A DNA stretch of 23,287 bases, taken from positions 1-23,287 of the forward strand of contig JBHHYO010000042.1 of assembly GCA_046757665.1 (NCBI GenBank). Reading direction: 5' to 3'. Origin of the DNA: Nitrospinales bacterium (GTDB lineage Bacteria > Nitrospinota > Nitrospinia > Nitrospinales > JAJDAT01). Made by a program: the position numbers and the translations under genes. The stretch's first letter is position 1, and every line of letters begins with the position of its first letter. The notes under the pieces are model-generated. The model was not told where the DNA came from and ran no database searches. It worked only from the letters and a program-made list of their open reading frames with translations. Shown one piece after another: positions 9,293 through 17,747 of this stretch.

Positions 9293-9423
9293 TAGTACTT
9301 CGTTGCAAAAATAAGCAACCGGGAAATGTCGCCCCTCGACAGGCTCAGGACGACAACCAAGCTGTCACGCTGAGCTTGTCGAAGCGTGACGAAACGGTTA
9401 TGAACTTTTGCAACGAAGCGCTA
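9293..9423. repeat. 131-bp inverted-repeat (MITE/REP-like) element between convergent lgt and yajQ; may also act as a bidirectional terminator
   Basis: Perfect 13-bp IR CTTCGTTGCAAAA (9298-9310) / TTTTGCAACGAAG (9406-9418), extending to 16/18 with TA at both outer ends. Contains two inverted 27-bp palindromes (9328-9354, 9364-9390). Confidence 0.75.
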
Positions 9424-9448
9424 GGGCGAGGTTTGGCGGGAAGCGGTT

Positions 9449-9952
9449 TTACCTGTAATTCGTGAAGGTCATGGCGATTTTAAAATCTTCCTCCTTGAGC
9501 TTTGTGATGACCGCTTGCAGGTCATCCTTGCTTTTCCCGGTAATCCGTAACTGATTATCCTGAATTTGACTTTGGATTTTTTTGATTCCCAATTCCTTGA
9601 CGAACTTTGCGATTTCCCGGGCCTTGTGCTGGGGGATGCCCTGTTGGATCACGACAACTTGCCGAACCGTGTCTCCGGCGGATGCTTCGACTTTGCCATA
9701 GTCCAGCCCCTTCAGGGGAACTTTGCGTTTGACAAGTTTGCCTTCTAAAATATCGACCACGGACTTCAGTTTGGGTTCGTTGTCCGAGGTGAGGACCAGC
9801 TGGTTCTCCTTTTTGTCGAGAGTGATTGAGCTTTTGCTGTTTTTGAAATCAAATCGTTGCCGGATTTCCATCATCGCCTGGTTAACCGCATTCTGCGCTT
9901 CCGCCAGGTCAATGATCGAAACAATATCGAATGAAAAACTTTTAGAAGTCAT
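9449..9952 (-). CDS. yajQ: YajQ family nucleotide/cyclic-di-GMP-binding protein
   Basis: SFDIVS, NAVNQA..EI..RFDFK, KLVKRKV, QGI, IQDNQLRITGKSKDDLQ, C-terminal FTNYR. Confidence 0.96.
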   Translation of the reverse strand: MTSKSFSFDIVSIIDLAEAQNAVNQAMMEIRQRFDFKNSKSSITLDKKENQLVLTSDNEPKLKSVVDILEGKLVKRKVPLKGLDYGKVEASAGDTVRQVVVIQQGIPQHKAREIAKFVKELGIKKIQSQIQDNQLRITGKSKDDLQAVITKLKEEDFKIAMTFTNYR

Positions 9953-9999
9953 ACTTGCCGAATAGATATTTTCTCATTTGTTTAAATCGATTGGCATAG

Positions 10000-10027
10000 A
10001 GCATACCGGAGTTGCCGAAAGTGTCAA
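10000..10027 (-). promoter_or_regulatory. Sigma70-type promoter for yajQ
   Basis: Minus strand TTGACA (10027-10022), 16-nt spacer, TATGCT (10005-10000), 47 nt upstream of the ATG. Confidence 0.6.
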
Positions 10028-10079
10028 GCCATGGGCGGTTTGCGGGAAAGAATTTCCTTAAAACCGATTGTTTTGTTTG

Positions 10080-10108
10080 TTGCTTTGCGGGGAATTTTTC
10101 TTCATAAT
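10080..10108 (+). promoter_or_regulatory. Candidate sigma70-type promoter for the MMPL gene
   Basis: TTGCTT (10080-10085), 17-nt spacer, CATAAT (10103-10108) in an AT-rich divergent spacer. Confidence 0.4.
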
Positions 10109-10255
10109 ATTATTCCCTGTTGGATGGCCAAGAGTTATTTTTGGCATAACGATTAACTTCCTTTAACCATACCCTGAGCTTTCCCCTCCATTTTTTAACC
10201 GGCCTATTTTGGGAGGTGCGATCAAAGGCGCCTGTTCTCATAGGAAAACGATGGC

Positions 10256-12805
10256 ATGAATTCCTGGCTTCTACGCTGTTACGAGAAAGTTGTTTTGGCG
10301 AACCCTTGGGCCACGTTGGTTGTGGTGACGCTGTTCGTCGGATTTTTTGCCTATCAGGTGCCCAACTTCAAGCTTGATGCCTCCGCCGAGTCTCTGGTTT
10401 TGGAAAATGATGACGACTTGCGCTATTACCGTAACATCAACAAAATTTACGGTTCCGACGATTTTCTGATTATCACCTATACGCCGTTCGACGACTTGTT
10501 GTCGGAAAATTCCCTGGCAGGGATACGGGCTTTGCGTGATGAGCTTTTGAAGTTGAAAAAGGTGAAATCCATTGTCAGTATTTTAGACGTTCCCTTGTTG
10601 AACAGCCCCAAGGTAAAAATTTCCGAATTAAACACGAACGTCAGAACATTGGAAACGCCGGGATTGGATAAGGAGCTTGCCCGCAAGGAATTTTTGGAGA
10701 GCCCGATCTATCGGAACCGTTTGGTGAGCCTGGACGGTAAGACCACCGCGTTGCAAGTTAATTTCAAACGCGATGAAAAATATTTCTCCCTTTTATATAA
10801 ACGCAACGACCTTCGCGACAAGCAGTCCTTGTCGGGACTGACCAGTGAGGAATCCAGGGAATTAGAAAAGGTTTCGGAAGAGTTCAGGCAATACCATGAT
10901 ACCACTCTTGACGAACAAAGCCGGTTAATCGAAACCGTTCGCGAGATTATGGACAGGCAACGGGACAAGGCTAAAATGTTTTTGGGCGGCATTCCCATGA
11001 TCATTTCCGACATGATTGATTTCATCAAGCACGATCTTGAGGTGTTCGGTTTTGGCGTTGCGTTCTTTTTGATTTTGGCTCTCGCTTTTTTCTTTGGGAA
11101 ACTGCGTTGGGTGCTTCTTCCGATGTTCTGTTGTTCTATCACGGTATTGGTTATGTTGGGCTATGTCAGTTTTCTGGAGTGGCGAGTGACGGTTATTTCA
11201 TCAAACTTTGTTTCCATCCTGCTCATCATTACCATGTCGCTGACAATTCATTTGATTGTTCGTTATCGGGACTTGAATGCCGAAAACCCTCACTGGGACC
11301 AAAGAACGCTGGTTCGGGAAACCGTGCGCCTGATGACCCAGCCTTGTTTTTATACCGCCATTACCACGATCGTTGCTTTTTGTTCGCTTGTGGTCAGCGA
11401 CATTCGGCCCGTCATTGATTTCGGCTGGATGATGACCATTGGAATCGCTTTGGCGTTTGTGTTGAATTTTGTTTTCTTCCCGGCGGCCTTGATGTTGCTG
11501 AAACCGGAGAAAGCATATTCCAGCCAGGATTTCACCAGGTTCTTCACCATGGCCGTTGCCTCCTTCACGAAAAAAAACGGCAACAAGATACTGATCTTCT
11601 GCCTGGTTTTGGCGGTTATCAGCGCCGCCGGCGTGTTAAAGCTGGAAGTTGAAAACCGGTTTATCGACAACTTCAAAAGTACTACGGAAATTTACCGGGG
11701 GATGGAGGTTATCGATCAAAAACTGGGCGGCACAACGCCCCTGGACATCATCATTGATCCGGATGAAGAATTTTATGCCTCTCTGAAAGAGTCGGCAACA
11801 CCCGACACCACCTTTGAGGACCCTTTTGCGGACCCCTTCACGGAGGAAGGCGGGGAGACTCAAAAGGAAGAAGACAACTACTGGTTTCATGAGGACATGC
11901 TGAGGAAGGTCGAGGCAATTCGTGAACATTTGGAGAGCATGTCGGAAGTCGGCAAGGTGATGTCCATTGCGACCGTAATCAAGGTTTTTACGGACCTGAA
12001 CGATGGGCAGATGCCTGACGATTTTGACTTGGCTTTGTTGCGAAAGCTGGCGCCGGGAAAAGTCAAGGATGCTCTCGTCTCTCCCTACCTTTCTGATGAC
12101 GCCAACGAAATTCGCATCAATATGCGCCTGATCGAATCCGATCCCACCTTGAGACGGAAAGCGTTGATCGAGAAAATCCGCCGGTTTTTGGTGGAAGACA
12201 TGAAATTCTCCGAGGATCAGATAAAATTTACCGGCATGGTGGTGCTTTACAACAATATGCTTCAGAGTCTTTATAAATCGCAGATAACGACGATAGGGCT
12301 GGTGTTCGTGGTTATTCTGATTATGTTTATGATTTTGTTTCGAAGCGTCAACCTCGCCACTCTGGCTATTGTTCCCAATATGCTTGCCGCCTGCCTGGTT
12401 TTGGGGATCATGGGATGGTTGGGGATTCCCCTGGATATGATGACGATTACCATTGCCGCCATCACCATTGGTATTGCCGTGGACGACACGATTCACTACA
12501 TTCACCGGTTCAAAAGTGAATTTGAGTTGGACCACGATTATTCGGCGACGCTGGATCGTTGCCATGGCAGTATTGGCCGGGCGATTTATTACACGTCGAT
12601 TACCGTAACCGCCGGTTTTTCCATTCTGGCGTTATCTGATTTCAGCCCGACGATTTATTTTGGTTTGTTGACGGGGCTGGCGATGCTGGTGGCGCTTCTT
12701 TTCAATCTGACTCTGTTGCCCGCCTTGATAGTTCTTTTTAAGCCTTTGGGTTTGCAAAACAATAAAGGGATGCAACCCGATCCCTCGCCGGCAACCACCA
12801 ATTGA
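10256..12805 (+). CDS. MMPL-family RND transporter permease (849 aa)
   Basis: Two repeats of TM + large extracytoplasmic loop + TM cluster; YTAITTIVAFCSL, PVIDFG, GIAVDDTIHY, GRAIYYTS, GFSILALSDFSPTIYFG, NLTLLPAL. Confidence 0.92.
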   Translation: MNSWLLRCYEKVVLANPWATLVVVTLFVGFFAYQVPNFKLDASAESLVLENDDDLRYYRNINKIYGSDDFLIITYTPFDDLLSENSLAGIRALRDELLKLKKVKSIVSILDVPLLNSPKVKISELNTNVRTLETPGLDKELARKEFLESPIYRNRLVSLDGKTTALQVNFKRDEKYFSLLYKRNDLRDKQSLSGLTSEESRELEKVSEEFRQYHDTTLDEQSRLIETVREIMDRQRDKAKMFLGGIPMIISDMIDFIKHDLEVFGFGVAFFLILALAFFFGKLRWVLLPMFCCSITVLVMLGYVSFLEWRVTVISSNFVSILLIITMSLTIHLIVRYRDLNAENPHWDQRTLVRETVRLMTQPCFYTAITTIVAFCSLVVSDIRPVIDFGWMMTIGIALAFVLNFVFFPAALMLLKPEKAYSSQDFTRFFTMAVASFTKKNGNKILIFCLVLAVISAAGVLKLEVENRFIDNFKSTTEIYRGMEVIDQKLGGTTPLDIIIDPDEEFYASLKESATPDTTFEDPFADPFTEEGGETQKEEDNYWFHEDMLRKVEAIREHLESMSEVGKVMSIATVIKVFTDLNDGQMPDDFDLALLRKLAPGKVKDALVSPYLSDDANEIRINMRLIESDPTLRRKALIEKIRRFLVEDMKFSEDQIKFTGMVVLYNNMLQSLYKSQITTIGLVFVVILIMFMILFRSVNLATLAIVPNMLAACLVLGIMGWLGIPLDMMTITIAAITIGIAVDDTIHYIHRFKSEFELDHDYSATLDRCHGSIGRAIYYTSITVTAGFSILALSDFSPTIYFGLLTGLAMLVALLFNLTLLPALIVLFKPLGLQNNKGMQPDPSPATTN

Positions 12806-12810
12806 CGCTT

Positions 12811-14436
12811 TTAACGGATTATTTCGAATTCTCCCAAGGTGACGGAATCGCGTTTGCCGTTTCCAAGGGAGGAGTAGGCGGCCTCAAACTCGGCTACGGA
12901 TTGTTCCTGAAAGCCGACTTCCCGGTAAATTTCCCCCAAACTCCAATGCGCGTCGGAAAATTCCGGATTGATCTTGATGGCCCGTTTCAACGGCGGAATA
13001 GCTTTTAAAAACAGCTTGAGTTTCTTGTAGACGTATCCCAGGATATAGTACCCCACCGGGTCTCCTGGTTTGATCCGGATCACTTCCTCGAATTCCGCAA
13101 TGGCTTCCGGGTATTGTCTCAGCACAAAGTATGTTTTACCGAGTTGCGAGTGTGTCCGGGCTATTTCCGGATCGATTCGCAACGATTGTTTAAATTCCGA
13201 TATGGCGTTTTCCTTGTCTCGGATTCCCCGGTAAGCCAGCGCGAGTTTGTAATGCGTGTGGGCATTTTCCGGATCGAATTGCACGGCGGTTTTAAATTCG
13301 GCAACGGCCTCCGGGTACCGCCTGAGGTCCAGAAAAATTTGCCCCAGTGATATGTTGCCGTTGGGAATGTCCGGGTGGGTTTGCAATGCCTGTTTGGTGT
13401 AGGTCAGGCCAAGAGCAATGTGCGCCCCGGGGTCTTCCGGTTTAATCGTCAGCACTTCGTTGAAAGCTGTGATAGCGTCCTGGTATTGGCCGAGCGCCTG
13501 GTAAGATTGTCCCAGATTGTAGTTTGCCCAGGCATCGGCGGGGTAGATTTTTAAGGTGTCCCTGAATTTGCCGATGGCTTCCCGGTAACGTCCCAGTTTT
13601 TTGTAAACGATTCCAAGATTGTAAAGCGCCTCGTCGGCTTGCGGGTCGAGGCGAAGGACTTCCCGATACTGTTTGATGGCTTCCGGGTACCAGCCTAAAG
13701 CGACATAGGAATTTCCAAGGATGTAGTGTGAATTGGGGTCGTTCGGGTTTGCCCGGACGGCTCGTTTTTCATCTTCGATGTAATCCCCGTTGCCGGGGAT
13801 CCGCAAGCCTTCCTTGACGGGATCATGCGCCTCGCCTTGCAGGTTATAGGACATGCCCAGATAAACGTGGGCGCTACCGTTTTGAGGATCAAGGCGCAAG
13901 GCTTGCTTCAGCTCTGCGATGGCTTCCGGATACCATTTAAGCTTGAGATAGGCGATGCCGGCGAGAAGATACATCCCGGCATCCTCGGGATAAATACTTA
14001 GGGCCTCCTGGTATGCGTCGATGGCTTGACGGTATTTCCCGAGTTCCAGGTAGGCGTCTCCCAGCAGTCGATGCGCTGTCCCATCGCCCGGGTTTTCAGT
14101 GACGATTTTTTTGTATTTGACGACGGCTTCTTCCGGTTTGAAGCGTTGGGGATATTTTCCCTCGCCGCGGCCCAGCAAAACGTAAGTCTCTCCCAAGGCG
14201 ATTTTTGCCTTGGCGTGGTCCGGCGCTAACCGCAAGACCTCTTGCAATTCCCGAATGGCTTCGGGGTATTGTCCAAGTTGCTGGTAAGCCAGGCCGAGGT
14301 TGTAGTGGGTCGAAGCGTCATCGGGGTTTTCGATGACGGCCTTTTGATAAGTTTCGATTGTTATATCGTTGGCTTGGGAACTCGAGGCCGACCAAACAAG
14401 CAAAAAGCAAAGGATAAGGAAAATTTTGATTTTCAT
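12811..14436 (-). CDS. Secreted/periplasmic tetratricopeptide repeat protein, paralog A (541 aa)
   Basis: Signal peptide MKIKIFLILCFLLVWSASSSQA; many 34-aa repeats such as HYNLGLAYQQLGQYPEAIRELQEVLRLAP; no catalytic domain visible. Confidence 0.92.
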   Translation of the reverse strand: MKIKIFLILCFLLVWSASSSQANDITIETYQKAVIENPDDASTHYNLGLAYQQLGQYPEAIRELQEVLRLAPDHAKAKIALGETYVLLGRGEGKYPQRFKPEEAVVKYKKIVTENPGDGTAHRLLGDAYLELGKYRQAIDAYQEALSIYPEDAGMYLLAGIAYLKLKWYPEAIAELKQALRLDPQNGSAHVYLGMSYNLQGEAHDPVKEGLRIPGNGDYIEDEKRAVRANPNDPNSHYILGNSYVALGWYPEAIKQYREVLRLDPQADEALYNLGIVYKKLGRYREAIGKFRDTLKIYPADAWANYNLGQSYQALGQYQDAITAFNEVLTIKPEDPGAHIALGLTYTKQALQTHPDIPNGNISLGQIFLDLRRYPEAVAEFKTAVQFDPENAHTHYKLALAYRGIRDKENAISEFKQSLRIDPEIARTHSQLGKTYFVLRQYPEAIAEFEEVIRIKPGDPVGYYILGYVYKKLKLFLKAIPPLKRAIKINPEFSDAHWSLGEIYREVGFQEQSVAEFEAAYSSLGNGKRDSVTLGEFEIIR

Positions 14437-14494
14437 AGGGCCGCGGTCTTCCGTTTTTAAAACCCCATATAAAATTATACTCCGAAACGGGTTT
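14437..14494 (-). promoter_or_regulatory. Duplicated upstream/promoter region of TPR paralog A
   Basis: 50/58 ungapped identity to 16324-16381; perfect minus-strand TATAAT at 14479-14474. Confidence 0.65.
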
Positions 14495-14610
14495 TAGAAA
14501 GAGAAAAACGTCAGGTTTCCGGCAAAGCAAAATCGGGTTTTCAAACGTCTCTTGTTGAGAGAAGGCGGGAGAGAGGGTTTTTCAATGTCGCTACGGGTCC
14601 GCGCCGCGTG

Positions 14611-16323
14611 TTAGCGGATAATTTCGAATTCGCCCACAATAACGGAACTGCGCTCTTTTTCCCTGAGCGCGGAATAAGCGGCCTCAAATGCCGCGTTGGA
14701 TTGATCCGGCTGGCCGGTTACCCGGTAAATTTCTCCCAGGCTGAAATGGGCGTCGGAAAATTTTGGATCGAGCTTTATCGCTTTTCGCAAAAATTTAATG
14801 GCTTCCCGGTACCGGTTGAGCACCTTGTAAGCATGGCCCAGGGTAAAGTAACTGTTGGCATCGTTGGGTTTGATTCTTATGACTTCCTTGAACTCCTCAA
14901 TGGCTTCGGAGTCCCGGTTCATTGAAAGGTAAGTTTTCCCAAGCTGAGTGTGCGTCAGGGCTGTGTCGGGGGCAAGGCGTAGCGATTTATGAAACTCCAG
15001 CAGGGCTTTTTCCTTGTTCCTGGCTTCCTTCACGGGTTTGTCGTAACCCTGCGCCTGCGAGAGCCTCTTCGAACGATTGGAAGTTTGTGAGCCCCCCTCA
15101 TGTTGGGCTCCCCGGTAAGCCAGCGCGAGCTGGTAATGCGTATCGCTGTTTTTCGGGTCGAATTGCAGTGCCGTTTCAAATTCGGTGACCGCTTCCGAAT
15201 ACCGTCTCAGGTCCAGAAATATTTTTCCCAGGGCAATATTGTCATCGGGGATATCCGGATGAACCCGCATGGCGTACCTTTTGTAAGCCAGCCCAAGTGA
15301 GATGTGTATGTTGGGATCCTTGGGTTTGATGGCCAACGCTTTTTCAAATGCCGAGATGGCATCCTGGTGCCTGTCAAGCGCCGCATAGGATTGCCCGATG
15401 TTATAATTTGCCCAGGCATCCTTGGGATGAGCTTTCAGGGCATATTCGAATTCTTTAATGGCTTTTTGATATTGCGCAAGTTTTTTGTACACAATACCAA
15501 GACGATAGTGCACCACGTCTTTATTCGGATCGAGGCGAAGGACTTCCTGATACTGTTTGATGGCTTTCGGATACCACCCCAAAACCAGGTAGGAATTTCC
15601 CAGAGTGTGGTGCGCGTCGGGATCGTTTGGATTTTTCAGGACGGCTCGTTTTTCGTCTTCGGCGTAGTCGCCTTTGACGGATATTCGCAAGCCTTCTTTA
15701 ACGGGTTTCGGGTCCGCGTCCATTGCCCTGTAGATCAATCCCAAATAAATGTGGGCGCTACCGTTTATATTGAGAGAAAGAGCTTGTTGCAGTTCCGCGA
15801 TAGCTTCTGCGAACCAATCGATCTTGTAATAGCCGATGCCGAGGTAAAGATACGTTTCGGCATCTTCAGGATTAATTCTCAGGGCTTTCTTGTATGCTTC
15901 GATAGCCTGATAGTATTTCCCGAGTTCCAGGTAGGCGTTTCCCAGCAGTCGATGCGCTTCCGCGTCGTTTGGATTTTCAGTGACGATTTTTTTGTATTTA
16001 ACGACGGCTTCTTCCGGTCTGAAGCGCCGGGGATATTTTTCCTCGCCGCGGCCCAGCAAAACGTAAGTCTTTCCCAGGGCGATTTTTGCCTTGGCGTGGT
16101 CCGGCGCTAACCGCAAGACCTCTTGCAATTCCCGAATGGCCTCGGGATATTGTCCAAGTTGCTGGTAAGCCAGGCCGAGCTTGTAGTGTGCTGAAGCGTC
16201 ATCGGGATTTTCGATGACGGCCTTTTGATAAGTTTCTATCGTTGTGTCGTTGGCTTGGGAGCTTAAAGTCGGCAAAACAAGCAAAAGACAAAGAATGGAA
16301 AAAACGGAAGTTTTCATTTTCAT
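14611..16323 (-). CDS. Secreted/periplasmic tetratricopeptide repeat protein, paralog B (570 aa)
   Basis: Signal peptide ending SSQA; collinear with paralog A along its whole length apart from a 28-aa insert. Confidence 0.92.
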   Translation of the reverse strand: MKMKTSVFSILCLLLVLPTLSSQANDTTIETYQKAVIENPDDASAHYKLGLAYQQLGQYPEAIRELQEVLRLAPDHAKAKIALGKTYVLLGRGEEKYPRRFRPEEAVVKYKKIVTENPNDAEAHRLLGNAYLELGKYYQAIEAYKKALRINPEDAETYLYLGIGYYKIDWFAEAIAELQQALSLNINGSAHIYLGLIYRAMDADPKPVKEGLRISVKGDYAEDEKRAVLKNPNDPDAHHTLGNSYLVLGWYPKAIKQYQEVLRLDPNKDVVHYRLGIVYKKLAQYQKAIKEFEYALKAHPKDAWANYNIGQSYAALDRHQDAISAFEKALAIKPKDPNIHISLGLAYKRYAMRVHPDIPDDNIALGKIFLDLRRYSEAVTEFETALQFDPKNSDTHYQLALAYRGAQHEGGSQTSNRSKRLSQAQGYDKPVKEARNKEKALLEFHKSLRLAPDTALTHTQLGKTYLSMNRDSEAIEEFKEVIRIKPNDANSYFTLGHAYKVLNRYREAIKFLRKAIKLDPKFSDAHFSLGEIYRVTGQPDQSNAAFEAAYSALREKERSSVIVGEFEIIR

Positions 16324-16381
16324 AGGGTCGCAACCTTCTGTTTTTAAACCCCCATGTAGAATTATACTCCGAAACGGGTTT
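16324..16381 (-). promoter_or_regulatory. Duplicated upstream/promoter region of TPR paralog B
   Basis: Homologous to 14437-14494; minus-strand TATAAT at 16366-16361; GAAGGT SD-like sequence before the ATG. Confidence 0.65.
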
Positions 16382-16454
16382 CGACAAAGAAAGAAAAACC
16401 GGCTGGAATAAAACAGAAAATTATTCGCCGGAAGTGGGGAAAACTCAGAAGCTT

Positions 16455-17747
16455 TCAGGTTTTATGGGGTCTTGTTTTTTTTTTGGAAAGCGCAGGATGC
16501 TCCCGGGTTGTGGGGGAAAATTTCCTTACGATAATGGAATTAACTTTTCTTTTACCGGCGTCTTTGACGGTTAGTCGATAGTCGTTTACAACGACCTGGT
16601 CGCCGGGAGAAGGAATCTTTTCCAGCCGGTCGATGACCAGTCCGCCGAGTGTTTCGTAGTCGCCTTTGGGCAGATTGAGGTTCAGGTACTCATTGAGCGT
16701 GTCGATTTGCCGGTCGCCTTCGATGAGGTATCCTCCGTCGGCATAGGTTTCGTAAAGTTTTTCCGGTTCGTCGTATTCATCCTCGATTTCTCCGACAATC
16801 TCCTCAAGCAAGTCTTCAATGGTGACGATGCCGATACAGCCGCCGTATTCGTCCACCACAATGGCCATGTGCAAGCCGCGTTGCTGGAGCAATTTTAAAA
16901 GATCGTCCGTTTTTTTGTTGGGCGGAACGTAGAGCGCCGGGCGGATCAATTCGCTGATGGGCGTGTTGTCGCTGGGTTTGTCCAAAAGGTCGAACGTGTT
17001 GAGAATACCGATCAGGTTAAACACCCGTTCATGGAAAACCGGCAGGCGCGAAAACCCCGATTCGTTGGCGATTTTGTGGGCTTCCTCCAGGGTTGCCGTG
17101 TCCCGGATGCTGTAAACTTGAACCAGCGGCACCATACACTGCTCCACGGGAGTTTCTCCAAAGTTGAAGATTTTGTGGATCATCTTCTTTTCCGTGGAGT
17201 CCAGTTCGGCGGCGCTTTCGGGTTGTATGATTTGCCGGATATGGTCGCGGCTGATAGTGAAACCGTTGGATTTGGTTTTGCCGGCCACCAGTTTCAGGAT
17301 GGGTTGAGAAAACAGGGCAAAAAATGAAACCACGGGGGCAAACAATTTGTGAAAGAAATGAAGCGGTTTGACCACGGAAAGGATCAGCGTGTCCGCCGCT
17401 TGCTGGAAAATAATCTTGGGAACGATTTCGGCGAATAACAAAATTATGGGAGAGAGAATCAGCATGGTCAGCACATCTCCGATTTCCCCGAATTGGCGGA
17501 TCATATAAGTCGTGAAAATGACGGTGCTGGTAACTACGGCCAGGTTGGTGCCGAACGAGATGGTTGTAAAGATACGGTCCGGAACTTTCAACAACTCAGT
17601 AAGCTGTATGCAGGCCTTGTCTCCCTGGTCGGCCTTGTGCTGGATTTTAATGCGATTGGCCGAGATCAGCGCGATATCGGATCCCGAAAAGAAAGCTTCC
17701 ACGACCAGGCAAAGGGTGACCAGCATGAGTGTGGCGGTTAAGTCCAT
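16455..17747 (-). CDS. CNNM/CorB (HlyC/CorC, DUF21-CBS-CBS-CorC) Mg2+ transporter family protein, downstream copy
   Basis: [60 protein letters not shown]. Confidence 0.95.
   Translation of the reverse strand: MDLTATLMLVTLCLVVEAFFSGSDIALISANRIKIQHKADQGDKACIQLTELLKVPDRIFTTISFGTNLAVVTSTVIFTTYMIRQFGEIGDVLTMLILSPIILLFAEIVPKIIFQQAADTLILSVVKPLHFFHKLFAPVVSFFALFSQPILKLVAGKTKSNGFTISRDHIRQIIQPESAAELDSTEKKMIHKIFNFGETPVEQCMVPLVQVYSIRDTATLEEAHKIANESGFSRLPVFHERVFNLIGILNTFDLLDKPSDNTPISELIRPALYVPPNKKTDDLLKLLQQRGLHMAIVVDEYGGCIGIVTIEDLLEEIVGEIEDEYDEPEKLYETYADGGYLIEGDRQIDTLNEYLNLNLPKGDYETLGGLVIDRLEKIPSPGDQVVVNDYRLTVKDAGKRKVNSIIVRKFSPTTREHPALSKKKTRPHKT

Noticed and set aside
9293..9423. CRISPR array
   Set aside because: Repeats are inverted, only two, with no spacers and no cas genes.
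11636..12565. 309-aa antisense ORF within the MMPL gene (and 15304-16110 within TPR paralog B)
   Set aside because: Antisense shadows of well-supported genes.
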